From positions 448,001 to 512,000 of the forward strand of contig OY782391.1 of assembly GCA_963677745.1 (NCBI GenBank): DNA of 64,000 nucleotides, written 5' to 3'. The translations under genes and the position numbers were made by a program. Of the stretch, positions 50,772 through 60,085 are shown piece after piece; positions within the stretch are counted from its first letter, which is position 1; every line of letters starts with the position of its first letter. Below the pieces are notes generated by a model, which saw only the letters and a program-made list of their open reading frames with translations, was not told where the DNA came from and ran no database searches. The DNA comes from Candidatus Altimarinota bacterium (GTDB taxonomy: Bacteria; Patescibacteriota; Gracilibacteria; UBA1369).

Positions 50772-50870
50772 TTTTTTAAGACAATCCAAAATCGTCCTTC
50801 CCAAGGTTAATTTGCCCCTTTGGACTATTTGATCTAAAATCTTAGCCAGTCCATTTATTAACTTTTCATT

Positions 50871-53222
50871 ATGAAAATCACCGCTAAATTGCTGGTTGTG
50901 ATTCTGTTCGGGCAACTCCTCTTCGGATTGACCGCCCAGGCTGCCACTGCACCGGCTCTTTCCGCCCCACCCAACACTTTCATTTATCTTGAGCTGAACA
51001 CAGCCAAGAAAAATCCTCTACAGGGTAAACTGGCTACCATGATCAGGGAAAATGCTGCAGATACGGACAATCAGACCGTCCTGAACACTATTGCCGACAA
51101 CATTGAAAACACTAACATCGGCTTCAGCCAGTCCTTCCACCAGACCGACGGTAGTGAAATTTATTTTCTCTCGGTAGCCCTGCCGGCAGAAGACTTTGAC
51201 GCAATTATTAACGGAATGACAGATGAACTGCAGAAAAAAAATCTGGGGGGAAACAGAATGCTTTACCTGACCAGTGAAGACTTCTTTTTTGCCTATAAAA
51301 ACGGAAATTTAATTGCTTCCAACAAGGAAGGCATTCTGTCCGACCTGCTGATCCAGGAAAACATCAGTTCACTTCAACAAAATCCGGATTGGCAATTTTT
51401 GCAGGGCAAAAGCAGCCCGGAAAGTTTTTTCAAAATGTTCATCAACTTTGAACAACTTCCGACAGACCTGACCACAGAACAGAACCCGGTTCTCGGTGAA
51501 ATAAACCTCCAGGATATGGTTAAATCCGAAGGATTCAGCTTATTGCAAACCACCAACGGTTTGAATGGAATCGTGACTGTTAATCCCGGCTTCAAAACCA
51601 GCCTCAATCCCGCCAATTTGGCCTTCTCTCCCGAACTGTTCAAAAAAATCGATGCCTCCAACCTGCTTTTCTTTAGTGAATCCAATAACCTGGCAACCAA
51701 TCTGCAGGAAAGCATCAATACCCTCTCTCAACTGTCAACTGACTCCTCCCTGCCTTCACCGGCCGAAATTTACGACGAACTGTCCACGGCTATCGTGGAA
51801 ATGACCGGACTGGATCCCGATACCGAAATTGCCCCGCTCTTCCGGAATAGAGCTGCTTTTGCCCTTCATTCGCAGGTCGGACAACAATATTTTCCCGGAA
51901 TCACGCTCATCTCAGAGGTCAAAGGACAGGAAACTCTGGCCAAATCAACTTTGGACAAATTACGAAACAAAATTCTGGCTTCAATCGAAGGAAATTTCAA
52001 GGCCACCTATGAGATGGAAGAATCCTATCAGCAAAGTCTGCTCGATTATGACTCCACCTACCAACCCACTCCGCTCCCGCCACTGGCCGAACTGGAAAAA
52101 CAGTTTTTTACCAGTACTTCCGTTACAGTAAACGGCACAACCTATGATCAAATCAGCTTCGATCCGGACGCTTCCAGCTATTTCTATGCCAACGGAGAAT
52201 ACAAAAGCGACCCCAAAATGGTCACCACCATCTCCACAGCTGTTACCGGCGACGGTTTAATGATAATCAGCACGCAGAAAGACCTCACTAAAACAATTTC
52301 AGCAAACAACAGCCTGTCAGCCGATCCGGAATGGCAGAAAAGTTATACCGGCGGACAGATGCTTGATCTCAGTTTCGTTAACCTCATAAATATCAGCTCC
52401 TATATTAAATCTCTGGCCCTGGAAAGCGGCGCAACGGAGGAAGACATCAAGCCGGTTATGGATTTCATGGCACCACTGAAAAGTCTCTACGCCAGCAGCA
52501 CCTATGAAAACGGTTATTATATAGGCAATCTCAAATTCAATTTTGACCTTAGTCAAATGTCCCAACTGATTTCGTCAGTCGAAAGTCTGGTCACATCGAT
52601 GACCGACAGTTACAGCCGCGACTTTGGTTATGAGCCGATTGATTCCCTGGAACAGGGACTGGTGAAATCCTTTGGATTCAGCGACGTGGACGAAGGCGCC
52701 TGGTACGCCCACTATGTCAACACTCTTGCCTACATCGACATAATGAAAGGCTACGGAACCGAATTCCATCCGAATCAAAACATTACCCGGGCCGAGTTCG
52801 TAAAAACTCTGATGTCCGCCTATGATTACGCCGGATTCTATACAATCGACCAGCAACCGGCATCCAAATTCAAGGATGTCCCCGCAGACGCCTGGTTCGC
52901 ACCTTATGTCAATCGCGCCACTGTTCTCTCCGTAATCAAAGGTTATTCTGACAACACTTTCCGGCCCAACCAGCCAATCAACAGGGCTGAAGCCATGACC
53001 ATGCTGATCAACTTGAGAAGAGCTTCCAACAGCCCGGATCCCGGCCTCAAAGAATTGCCGTTCACAGATGTCCCGCCAACCGACTGGTTTTATGGGGCGG
53101 TTCAAAAAGCGTTCAGCCTCAAATACGTCACCGGTAAGACCGCCACCGTCTTTGCCCCCTCCGATTACTTAACCAGGGCAGAGACAGCCGCCATCATTAC
53201 CCGGTATCTTGATAATTACTAG
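50871..53222 (+). CDS. Secreted protein with three C-terminal SLH (S-layer homology) domains
   Basis: Signal peptide (TAQA); three repeats F.DV...W[YF]...V, ending ITRAE, INRAE and LTRAE. Confidence 0.9.
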   Translation: MKITAKLLVVILFGQLLFGLTAQAATAPALSAPPNTFIYLELNTAKKNPLQGKLATMIRENAADTDNQTVLNTIADNIENTNIGFSQSFHQTDGSEIYFLSVALPAEDFDAIINGMTDELQKKNLGGNRMLYLTSEDFFFAYKNGNLIASNKEGILSDLLIQENISSLQQNPDWQFLQGKSSPESFFKMFINFEQLPTDLTTEQNPVLGEINLQDMVKSEGFSLLQTTNGLNGIVTVNPGFKTSLNPANLAFSPELFKKIDASNLLFFSESNNLATNLQESINTLSQLSTDSSLPSPAEIYDELSTAIVEMTGLDPDTEIAPLFRNRAAFALHSQVGQQYFPGITLISEVKGQETLAKSTLDKLRNKILASIEGNFKATYEMEESYQQSLLDYDSTYQPTPLPPLAELEKQFFTSTSVTVNGTTYDQISFDPDASSYFYANGEYKSDPKMVTTISTAVTGDGLMIISTQKDLTKTISANNSLSADPEWQKSYTGGQMLDLSFVNLINISSYIKSLALESGATEEDIKPVMDFMAPLKSLYASSTYENGYYIGNLKFNFDLSQMSQLISSVESLVTSMTDSYSRDFGYEPIDSLEQGLVKSFGFSDVDEGAWYAHYVNTLAYIDIMKGYGTEFHPNQNITRAEFVKTLMSAYDYAGFYTIDQQPASKFKDVPADAWFAPYVNRATVLSVIKGYSDNTFRPNQPINRAEAMTMLINLRRASNSPDPGLKELPFTDVPPTDWFYGAVQKAFSLKYVTGKTATVFAPSDYLTRAETAAIITRYLDNY

Positions 53223-53257
53223 AATTAATTAAACGAACACTCTACGGGACAAGTCAT

Positions 53258-53286
53258 AGAGCTGGCTCAAATGAGCCAGCTCTTTT
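53258..53286 (+). terminator. Intrinsic terminator
   Basis: AGAGCTGGCTC-AAAT-GAGCCAGCTCT followed by TTT. Confidence 0.85.
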
Positions 53287-53430
53287 AAATTTTATTATTT
53301 TTTATTAAACACTCAACCCCCTTTCATAATACTCCCCGGTTTGCCTCCGAATTAAACCGCCGCCGGCCTTTTCCATTAGGTTTTAACTTCGTACTATGTT
53401 AGAAAATAATCAAGCAAAAGGAGAAAAACA

Positions 53431-56118
53431 ATGAATCAGACCTATATTGCCCTGGATCTGGAAACCACAGGCTTTGACCCCAGTGCCGATCAGGTTTTGG
53501 AAGTCGCAGCTATAAAGTTCCGGGGAGATAAAATTTTGGAAACTTTCGAGACACTGGTTAACCCCGGCATCGAAATACCGGCTATGGTTAGCCATATTAC
53601 TGGGATCAGCACCGAAACAGTCAAAGCTGCTCCCTCTTTTTCCGATATCAGCGACAACCTGGGCCGGTTCCTGGGGAATTTTCCGATAGTAGGCCACAAT
53701 ATTGACTTTGATTTAACCTTTCTGGAAGCCAAAGGCGTCCCGGTTCTGAATTCCCAAATCGACACCCTCAAACTTTCCGGAATCCTGCTCTCAGAACTCC
53801 CCTCTCTCAGCCTGGAAACAATCAGCCGGCAATTGAAAATCAAACATGAAAACAAGCACCGGGCTCTTTCCGATGCCAAAGTCTGCGTGGAGTTATTCCA
53901 GATTCTCCTGCAGAAAATCGCACAAATCCCCGTCCCCATCCTCAAACAGATACAAGCCTTGATTCCCCGCAGTGAATGGGAACTGGCCGATCTTTTTTTA
54001 AACACAGTCCCCCAGCCCGCCCGCCCCTCCCAAACACGCCCGGCGAAATCACCACCCCAAAAAACAACCAGCCTGCCCCTCCCGGCAGCGGCACCGGAAG
54101 ACTTCATCAATATTCTGGGTGAGCAAAGCTCCCTGTCAACATTCATTGATAAATACGAGTTCCGTCATGGCCAGCAGATACTTTTAAAAAAAATCCTTCA
54201 GGCCTTTGGTGAAAACTTTAACCTGATCGCCGAGGCCGGAACGGGAACCGGTAAAACCATGGCTTATCTGCTGGCCGCCGGCCACGCCTGTCATTTCCAG
54301 AGGAAAAAAGTAATCATCTCCACCTATACCAATAATTTACAGGACCAGGTGTTGGTCAAAGACTTCCCGCTGGTACAAAAACTGTTTCCTGAATTGAAAA
54401 TCGCGGTGTTAAAAGGCCGTAAAAAATATCTGGATCAGAACCGCTTTCGTCAACTTCTGGAAAAACCTCATCTGGAAGAGCATGAATTGACATCGATTAT
54501 AAAAATACTGATCTGGTTGAACCATACCGAAACCGGTGATCTGGATGAATTGAACCTCCAGAACAAAGAAACCCAGCTCTATGAGGAAATATGCGCCGAT
54601 CCGTCCTACATGACTGCGCCGGAAGAATACTCGGCCTCCCACCTTCCCTCTCCGCGTATTGATTTCCTGGAAAATGCCCGCCGTAAAGCCGAATCGGCAG
54701 ATATTATCGTGGTCAACCACGCCCTGCTGATCCAAGACCATTTGACGGACAACAAAATTCTTCCCGAAGCTCAAATTTTGATCGCGGATGAGGCCCATCA
54801 TCTCGAAAAGACGCTGACCGACGGTTTAACGATGTTTTTCAGTTATAGCAGGCTGGAAAGACAATGGGACCACCTGATCGAAAGCCTGGAAAGCCTTAAG
54901 AAAACACAGCCGTCCCTGGATCAGGAAACCCTGACAGCATCAACACAGATCAGAAAACTGTCTTCCGGATCTTTACAACTGGCGGAAAAACTTTTTGAAA
55001 AAAACCGGCTGCTGATCGAAAAATTTGCCAAAACCATGTATGGCCAGCCCTCTCAACTTGGCATTACGCAACAAATCGCCGACAGTCCGGAATGGGCTGA
55101 ATGTCTGGAACTGATTAATCAAATGACATTGAGCATAACGGATCTGAAAGAGCTGTCCGACCAGCTGCACCGGACTCTGTTAAAATGGGAAATCACCGAC
55201 CATCCCCTGCAGGGCAACCTGCATGATCTGCAAAATTTTTTCCAGAACCTCAAAACACTGTACGATTCACCCAAAAATAAAATCATCTGGGTCAACAAAG
55301 GATTTGATGAAAGCATCCATCTTTGCGTGGCTCCCCTTTCCGTTAAGGAAATTTTTGGCGAAAAGATTTTTACCGGCTATCAGTCGGTAATCCTTACTTC
55401 CGCCACACTCTCTACTTACGGCCATTTCTCTTATATCCGTTCCGAACTGGGACTGGATGAGAGCTTTGAAGAAATAAAAGTGCCGAGCCATTTCAGTTAT
55501 CCGGATCAGGTAAAAATCATCATCCCCGAAAATCTCTCCGACCCCAAGACACCTGATTATCTCCCTCAGTGCACCAAGGTGATCGGCTCAATTATCAATA
55601 AAAACGGCGGACGGACACTGGTACTCTTTACCGCCAAAAAAGATCTGGCCAGAGTATTTCATGAACTGGCTCCCTCGCTCAAAACCGAAGGCATTAACCT
55701 GCTGGCCCAGAACATCTCCGGCGGGCGCGGCAAGATAATTTCCCATTTTCAGGATGAACCGGCCAATTGTGCGATACTGGGAACCAACAGTTTCTGGGAA
55801 GGAGTCGATTTGATCGGACCGGTCCTGACCTGCGTAGTAATACAGAAACTGCCCTTTGATCCGCCTGATGATCCGATTGTCCGCGCCCGCTCCAGCCTGC
55901 TGGAAAAACCCTTCGAGCAATACTCCCTGCCCCGGGCAATTTTGCGTTTCAAACAGGGCTTTGGACGCCTGATCCGGTCGGCCCGCGACACCGGTGCCGT
56001 CGTCATTCTGGATTCCCGCCTGGTCCAAAAAAGTTATGGTCGTGAATTTATCTCCTCTCTGCCGGAAGGCATCAAAATTCACCAATGTGATCAAAAAGAG
56101 GTGGCAGACTTCCTGTAA
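53431..56118 (+). CDS. dinG: DEDDh 3'-5' exonuclease fused to DinG-family helicase
   Basis: LDLETTG, HNIDFD, HRALSDA; EAGTGTGKT, DEAHH, LTSATL, FWEGVD, QGFGRLIRS. Confidence 0.92.
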   Translation: MNQTYIALDLETTGFDPSADQVLEVAAIKFRGDKILETFETLVNPGIEIPAMVSHITGISTETVKAAPSFSDISDNLGRFLGNFPIVGHNIDFDLTFLEAKGVPVLNSQIDTLKLSGILLSELPSLSLETISRQLKIKHENKHRALSDAKVCVELFQILLQKIAQIPVPILKQIQALIPRSEWELADLFLNTVPQPARPSQTRPAKSPPQKTTSLPLPAAAPEDFINILGEQSSLSTFIDKYEFRHGQQILLKKILQAFGENFNLIAEAGTGTGKTMAYLLAAGHACHFQRKKVIISTYTNNLQDQVLVKDFPLVQKLFPELKIAVLKGRKKYLDQNRFRQLLEKPHLEEHELTSIIKILIWLNHTETGDLDELNLQNKETQLYEEICADPSYMTAPEEYSASHLPSPRIDFLENARRKAESADIIVVNHALLIQDHLTDNKILPEAQILIADEAHHLEKTLTDGLTMFFSYSRLERQWDHLIESLESLKKTQPSLDQETLTASTQIRKLSSGSLQLAEKLFEKNRLLIEKFAKTMYGQPSQLGITQQIADSPEWAECLELINQMTLSITDLKELSDQLHRTLLKWEITDHPLQGNLHDLQNFFQNLKTLYDSPKNKIIWVNKGFDESIHLCVAPLSVKEIFGEKIFTGYQSVILTSATLSTYGHFSYIRSELGLDESFEEIKVPSHFSYPDQVKIIIPENLSDPKTPDYLPQCTKVIGSIINKNGGRTLVLFTAKKDLARVFHELAPSLKTEGINLLAQNISGGRGKIISHFQDEPANCAILGTNSFWEGVDLIGPVLTCVVIQKLPFDPPDDPIVRARSSLLEKPFEQYSLPRAILRFKQGFGRLIRSARDTGAVVILDSRLVQKSYGREFISSLPEGIKIHQCDQKEVADFL

Positions 56119-56195
56119 ATCCGCCGGGAAACCGCCGGAATCTTCCAAAAACGCCAAAAAAATGCTACAATATGAGGATAATTAGCATTTTGACC

Positions 56196-57497
56196 ATGAC
56201 TAAAAAAATCTTATTGATCCTGCTCGGCATCCTGATACTGGGCGGTCTGGTAACAATCGTTGTTATAGGCGGTCCTGGGAAATTTCTCCAGGGAGCTCTT
56301 TATAACATCAGACCAATCTACCGGGAATGTAAAATCGAAGGTAAAAATTTCAATAGCAGTGCCACCGCCGATTGCGAGGATTTCAACAAAAAACTTCAGG
56401 ACCGCTATTTCCCCAACGGCGAATACACCATCTACGCCAAATATACCGACCGCCGTCTTCCTGACAACATTATTCCGGTTACCGTTACCGAAAACCAGCT
56501 GGAATGTAATTTCCTGGGAAATGGATACGAACCGCGAATCAGTGTCTCCGACGCCAAGAACCCTTTGGCGTCCGAAACCATCAAAAACCGGGAAGAAGTA
56601 CCGGTTGGCAGCAACGGAGTGATTGTCCAAATCAATTACCGGAAAAACGATCAGCCCTATTTCTACGACACCAATATCTGTGAATCGGCCTTCCAGGCCA
56701 CAGTGATGGATGCCGACAAAAAAGAGCTGGGCACAGCCAAAATGGATTATAACGGTTTCATCAACAGCCGCGAACTGGTCAATGAAATTCTGATCACCGA
56801 TAAACCGTATTATTCGGATAAGACGGGCCAGACAATCAAGGATTTTCAGGCGGGCAATATCTTTGCCAGTCTCAACCTGGCTCCGGATTTCCTGTTTAAA
56901 TTCACACTCCCCTGCTCGGGACAAAAAATTTCGGTTCAAATCCCCAACCTGCAAACCGACAAAGATATTTTGATCCCCATTAAAGGACTGAGCGCCGGAT
57001 ATCTTAAAAACTGTGGATCCCGGCTTTACCTTGGTTTGCAAAACACCAATCGTTACGACGATATCCAGACAATTGAAAATCTGAATCTGGTTGACCAGGG
57101 GCAATTCACCACCTACCTTTTGAAATTGAATCAGATTGGCAGACTGAGTGACGTCAACACCACCTTCCCGATCAGTTTCAAGATTAATCTTCATCTGCGG
57201 GACAGAAGCGACTCCAAGGAAGTGATTACTTTGGGAGGCGGTGTGATCACCATTACCGGCTACAACCCGGCAACCGCGTCAGCAATTACTGACAACGGTG
57301 TAAACTCCGGACTAATTACCGACCAAAATGCCACCGCTGAAATCACTGCTACCACCGGTATACCCGGGCTAACCAACCTGCCTGTCACCATTACCGACAT
57401 GGTAGCAACTGCCGATCAGACCATCGGTTCGACAAATCCCGGCCCAACCATCGACAACCCGGCTGGAAAAGTACGCAGAACCCCTCTGGTTCCCTGA
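56196..57497 (+). CDS. Hypothetical membrane-anchored/exported protein
   Basis: N-terminal hydrophobic anchor, beta-rich Cys-paired body, Thr/Pro-rich tail; extended -10 TGCTACAAT at 56163-56171 favours ATG 56196. Confidence 0.8.
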   Translation: MTKKILLILLGILILGGLVTIVVIGGPGKFLQGALYNIRPIYRECKIEGKNFNSSATADCEDFNKKLQDRYFPNGEYTIYAKYTDRRLPDNIIPVTVTENQLECNFLGNGYEPRISVSDAKNPLASETIKNREEVPVGSNGVIVQINYRKNDQPYFYDTNICESAFQATVMDADKKELGTAKMDYNGFINSRELVNEILITDKPYYSDKTGQTIKDFQAGNIFASLNLAPDFLFKFTLPCSGQKISVQIPNLQTDKDILIPIKGLSAGYLKNCGSRLYLGLQNTNRYDDIQTIENLNLVDQGQFTTYLLKLNQIGRLSDVNTTFPISFKINLHLRDRSDSKEVITLGGGVITITGYNPATASAITDNGVNSGLITDQNATAEITATTGIPGLTNLPVTITDMVATADQTIGSTNPGPTIDNPAGKVRRTPLVP

Positions 57498-57626
57498 AAT
57501 CGGGGAATTCATAACGTCAACAGCATTTCCCATCGCTATTCCGCTTCAATTTGCATTGAAAGTCCAAGTACACTAAAATTGGCATAGTTGATTTTAACAG
57601 GGAAAATATATTTTAAATTTGCTAAC

Positions 57627-58196
57627 ATGGAACTTCTAATAGTCTTAGCCGTAGTAGTAGTCCTGGGTGGACTGGTAATCGGAGTCTATAACGGACTCAT
57701 CCAGCTGAAAAACAAAGTTGATGAGGGCTGGGCCGACATCGAAACACAATTAAAACGCCGCTACGACCTGATCCCCAATATGGTGGAAACCGTCAAAGGT
57801 TATGCCAAACATGAAAGCAAGACCCTGGAGGCGGTTACACAGGCCCGCAACATGGCAATGTCCGCCAACACCCCGGAAGAAAAGATAAAAGCTGAAAACG
57901 CCCTGACCGGAACCTTGAAAACTTTGTTCGCAGTTGCTGAAAACTATCCTGAACTCAAAGCCAACCAGAATTTCATGGATCTGCAGGCAACCCTCAAGGA
58001 AGTAGAAGAAAAATTGCAACTTTCCCGCCGCTATTACAACGCCACCGTCCGCGACTTCAATACCAAAGTGGAAATTTTTCCCAACAATCTGATTGCCGGC
58101 ATCTTCAAATTCACACGCCGCCAGTTCTTTGAGATAGAAAATCCCGAAGAACGGCAGAACGTCAAAGTCTCCTTCAGCGACGAACCGAAAAAATAA
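57627..58196 (+). CDS. lemA: LemA family protein
   Basis: N-terminal TM, YNGL, QLKRRYDLIPNMVETVKGYAKHE, AENYPELKANQNF, RRYYNATV, FPNNLIA. Confidence 0.96.
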   Translation: MELLIVLAVVVVLGGLVIGVYNGLIQLKNKVDEGWADIETQLKRRYDLIPNMVETVKGYAKHESKTLEAVTQARNMAMSANTPEEKIKAENALTGTLKTLFAVAENYPELKANQNFMDLQATLKEVEEKLQLSRRYYNATVRDFNTKVEIFPNNLIAGIFKFTRRQFFEIENPEERQNVKVSFSDEPKK

Positions 58197-58204
58197 TCAT
58201 CATC

Positions 58205-58234
58205 AAGCGCCCCGCCGGCCGGCGGGGCGCTTTT
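58205..58234 (+). terminator. GC-rich palindromic hairpin with short U tract between lemA and the DUF2207 gene
   Basis: Perfect 28-nt palindrome AAGCGCCCCGCCGGCCGGCGGGGCGCTT followed by TT. Confidence 0.7.
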
Positions 58235-58265
58235 CAAATCAATGGCCCACTTAATCCCCGGCATT

Positions 58266-60068
58266 ATGAAAAAAAACCTCTTTTCTAAACTGCTGATTTT
58301 TTTGGCATTGTTACTCTTGCCGGTACTGGTACAAGCCCAGGACCAAACCGGCGATTTACGGAAAGTGGATTTTACCGGTTACAACCTTTACGGATGGGGA
58401 ATCAGCGACTTCCATGCTGATATTGCCATCAATGCCGACAGCACTTTCCTGGTCAAAGAAACCATCGAGGCCGATTTCACCAAAGCCGAAGGCACCAGCC
58501 GCCACGGAATCATCCGCAATATTCCCATTCATTATCAGGACCGTTATAACCAGAATCTCAACATCCGCTTCAAGCTGCTCAGCGTCACCGACGAACAGGG
58601 CAATCCCTACGAAGTGGAAACGTCATACTGGGGAAATGATGTCGATCTGAAAATCGGTTCAGCCGACGTGCTGGTCGACGGACAAATAAAAACTTATATA
58701 ATTTCCTACGAACTGGAACGGGGGCTGAATCAGTTTGAAGACTATGATGAACTGTTCTGGAATGTTACGGGAAACGGCTGGGACACGGCAATTGCCAAAG
58801 CTTCCGCTACGGTAACCCTGCCCAAAGAAGCCGATCAGAATAAAATGAAAGCCATCTGCTTCACCGGTTTTGGTTACAGCCGGGAGCAAAATTGCCAGGC
58901 ACAGGTAATCGACGGCAAAACCTATCAGTTTTCTTCCAGCTCCCTGCTCCCCACCGGAGCGGGACTGACCATTGCCGTCTCCTTTCCCAAAGGTACGATT
59001 AATTTCCCCTCCCCTTTGACCGTCTTCAGCTGGTTTGTGATAGATAATTGGGGCTATCTGATTCCGGTTATCGCTTTTTTTTTCCTGTATTATCTCTGGT
59101 ATAAAGACGGCCGGGATCCCCAAGCCACCCATACCGCCATCATGCCGGAATACGATGTCCCGGACAACCTGCGACCGGCGGAAGTCGGGACACTGCTCGA
59201 CAACAGTGTTGATATGCGGGATATCACCAGCACCATCATTGATCTGGCCACCCGCGGTTATCTGAAAATCATTGAAAGCAAAGAGAAAAAACTGTTCGGG
59301 GAAACCACCTATTATGAACTGGAAAAAACCACCCCCTCCAAGCCTGAAAAAGAGCCGTTGCAGGATTTTGAACTGAAAATTTACGACGCGATCTTCGGGA
59401 CAAAAACCAAGATCAACCTCACCGACCTCAAATATAAATTTTACCAGGACATCCCCGGCATCAAAACCTCGATTTACAACAGTCTGATCGGTAAAAAATA
59501 CTACACCTCCAATCCGGAGACAGCCAAGACCTCCTATTTCGGCTGTGGCGGAGGAATGCTTTTTCTGACCTTATTCTTTCTCGGTTTCCTGGCCGACATC
59601 AATCTGCCTCTCTTTTTGGGTCTTTTGATGACAGCTCCGATCATTTTTATTTTCGGCTTTTACATGCCCAAACGTACCCAAAAAGGAGCCGACACCCAAA
59701 TCCGCGTACTGGGACTGGAAGAATTTATTAAAACAGCGGAGGAAGACCGCATCAAATTCTACGAAAAAGAAAATATCTTCGAAAAAGTTTTGCCTTATGC
59801 CATTGCTTTCGGACTGGGCGACAAATGGGCCAAAGCCTGCGAAGGACTGTTCAAACAATCTCCCAACTGGTATCAAAGTTCCGATCCCAATATGCTCACT
59901 CACTTCAACACCTATTATTTTCTGCATACACTAAACAGCTTCAACTCCTCCATGTCTTCCAACATGCAGGCGGCCCCCCGCAGTTCCTCCTCCAGCGGAC
60001 ACAGCGGTTTTAGCGGCGGTGGATTCAGCGGCGGCGGCTTCGGCGGAGGCGGCGGCAGCAGCTGGTAA
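58266..60068 (+). CDS. DUF2207 (YciQ-like) membrane protein
   Basis: Signal peptide; HGIIRNIP, DELFWNVTGNGW, LRPAEVG, LPYAIAFG; C-terminal GGGFSGGGFGGGGGSSW. Confidence 0.9.
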   Translation: MKKNLFSKLLIFLALLLLPVLVQAQDQTGDLRKVDFTGYNLYGWGISDFHADIAINADSTFLVKETIEADFTKAEGTSRHGIIRNIPIHYQDRYNQNLNIRFKLLSVTDEQGNPYEVETSYWGNDVDLKIGSADVLVDGQIKTYIISYELERGLNQFEDYDELFWNVTGNGWDTAIAKASATVTLPKEADQNKMKAICFTGFGYSREQNCQAQVIDGKTYQFSSSSLLPTGAGLTIAVSFPKGTINFPSPLTVFSWFVIDNWGYLIPVIAFFFLYYLWYKDGRDPQATHTAIMPEYDVPDNLRPAEVGTLLDNSVDMRDITSTIIDLATRGYLKIIESKEKKLFGETTYYELEKTTPSKPEKEPLQDFELKIYDAIFGTKTKINLTDLKYKFYQDIPGIKTSIYNSLIGKKYYTSNPETAKTSYFGCGGGMLFLTLFFLGFLADINLPLFLGLLMTAPIIFIFGFYMPKRTQKGADTQIRVLGLEEFIKTAEEDRIKFYEKENIFEKVLPYAIAFGLGDKWAKACEGLFKQSPNWYQSSDPNMLTHFNTYYFLHTLNSFNSSMSSNMQAAPRSSSSSGHSGFSGGGFSGGGFGGGGGSSW

Positions 60069-60085
60069 CCTCCCGGATCGGATTT

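Noticed and set aside
49908-57194. Antisense ORFs 49908-50915 (335 aa) and 56211-57194 (327 aa)
   Set aside because: They fully overlap better-supported + strand genes that have promoters and signal or anchor features; their composition is typical of shadow frames.
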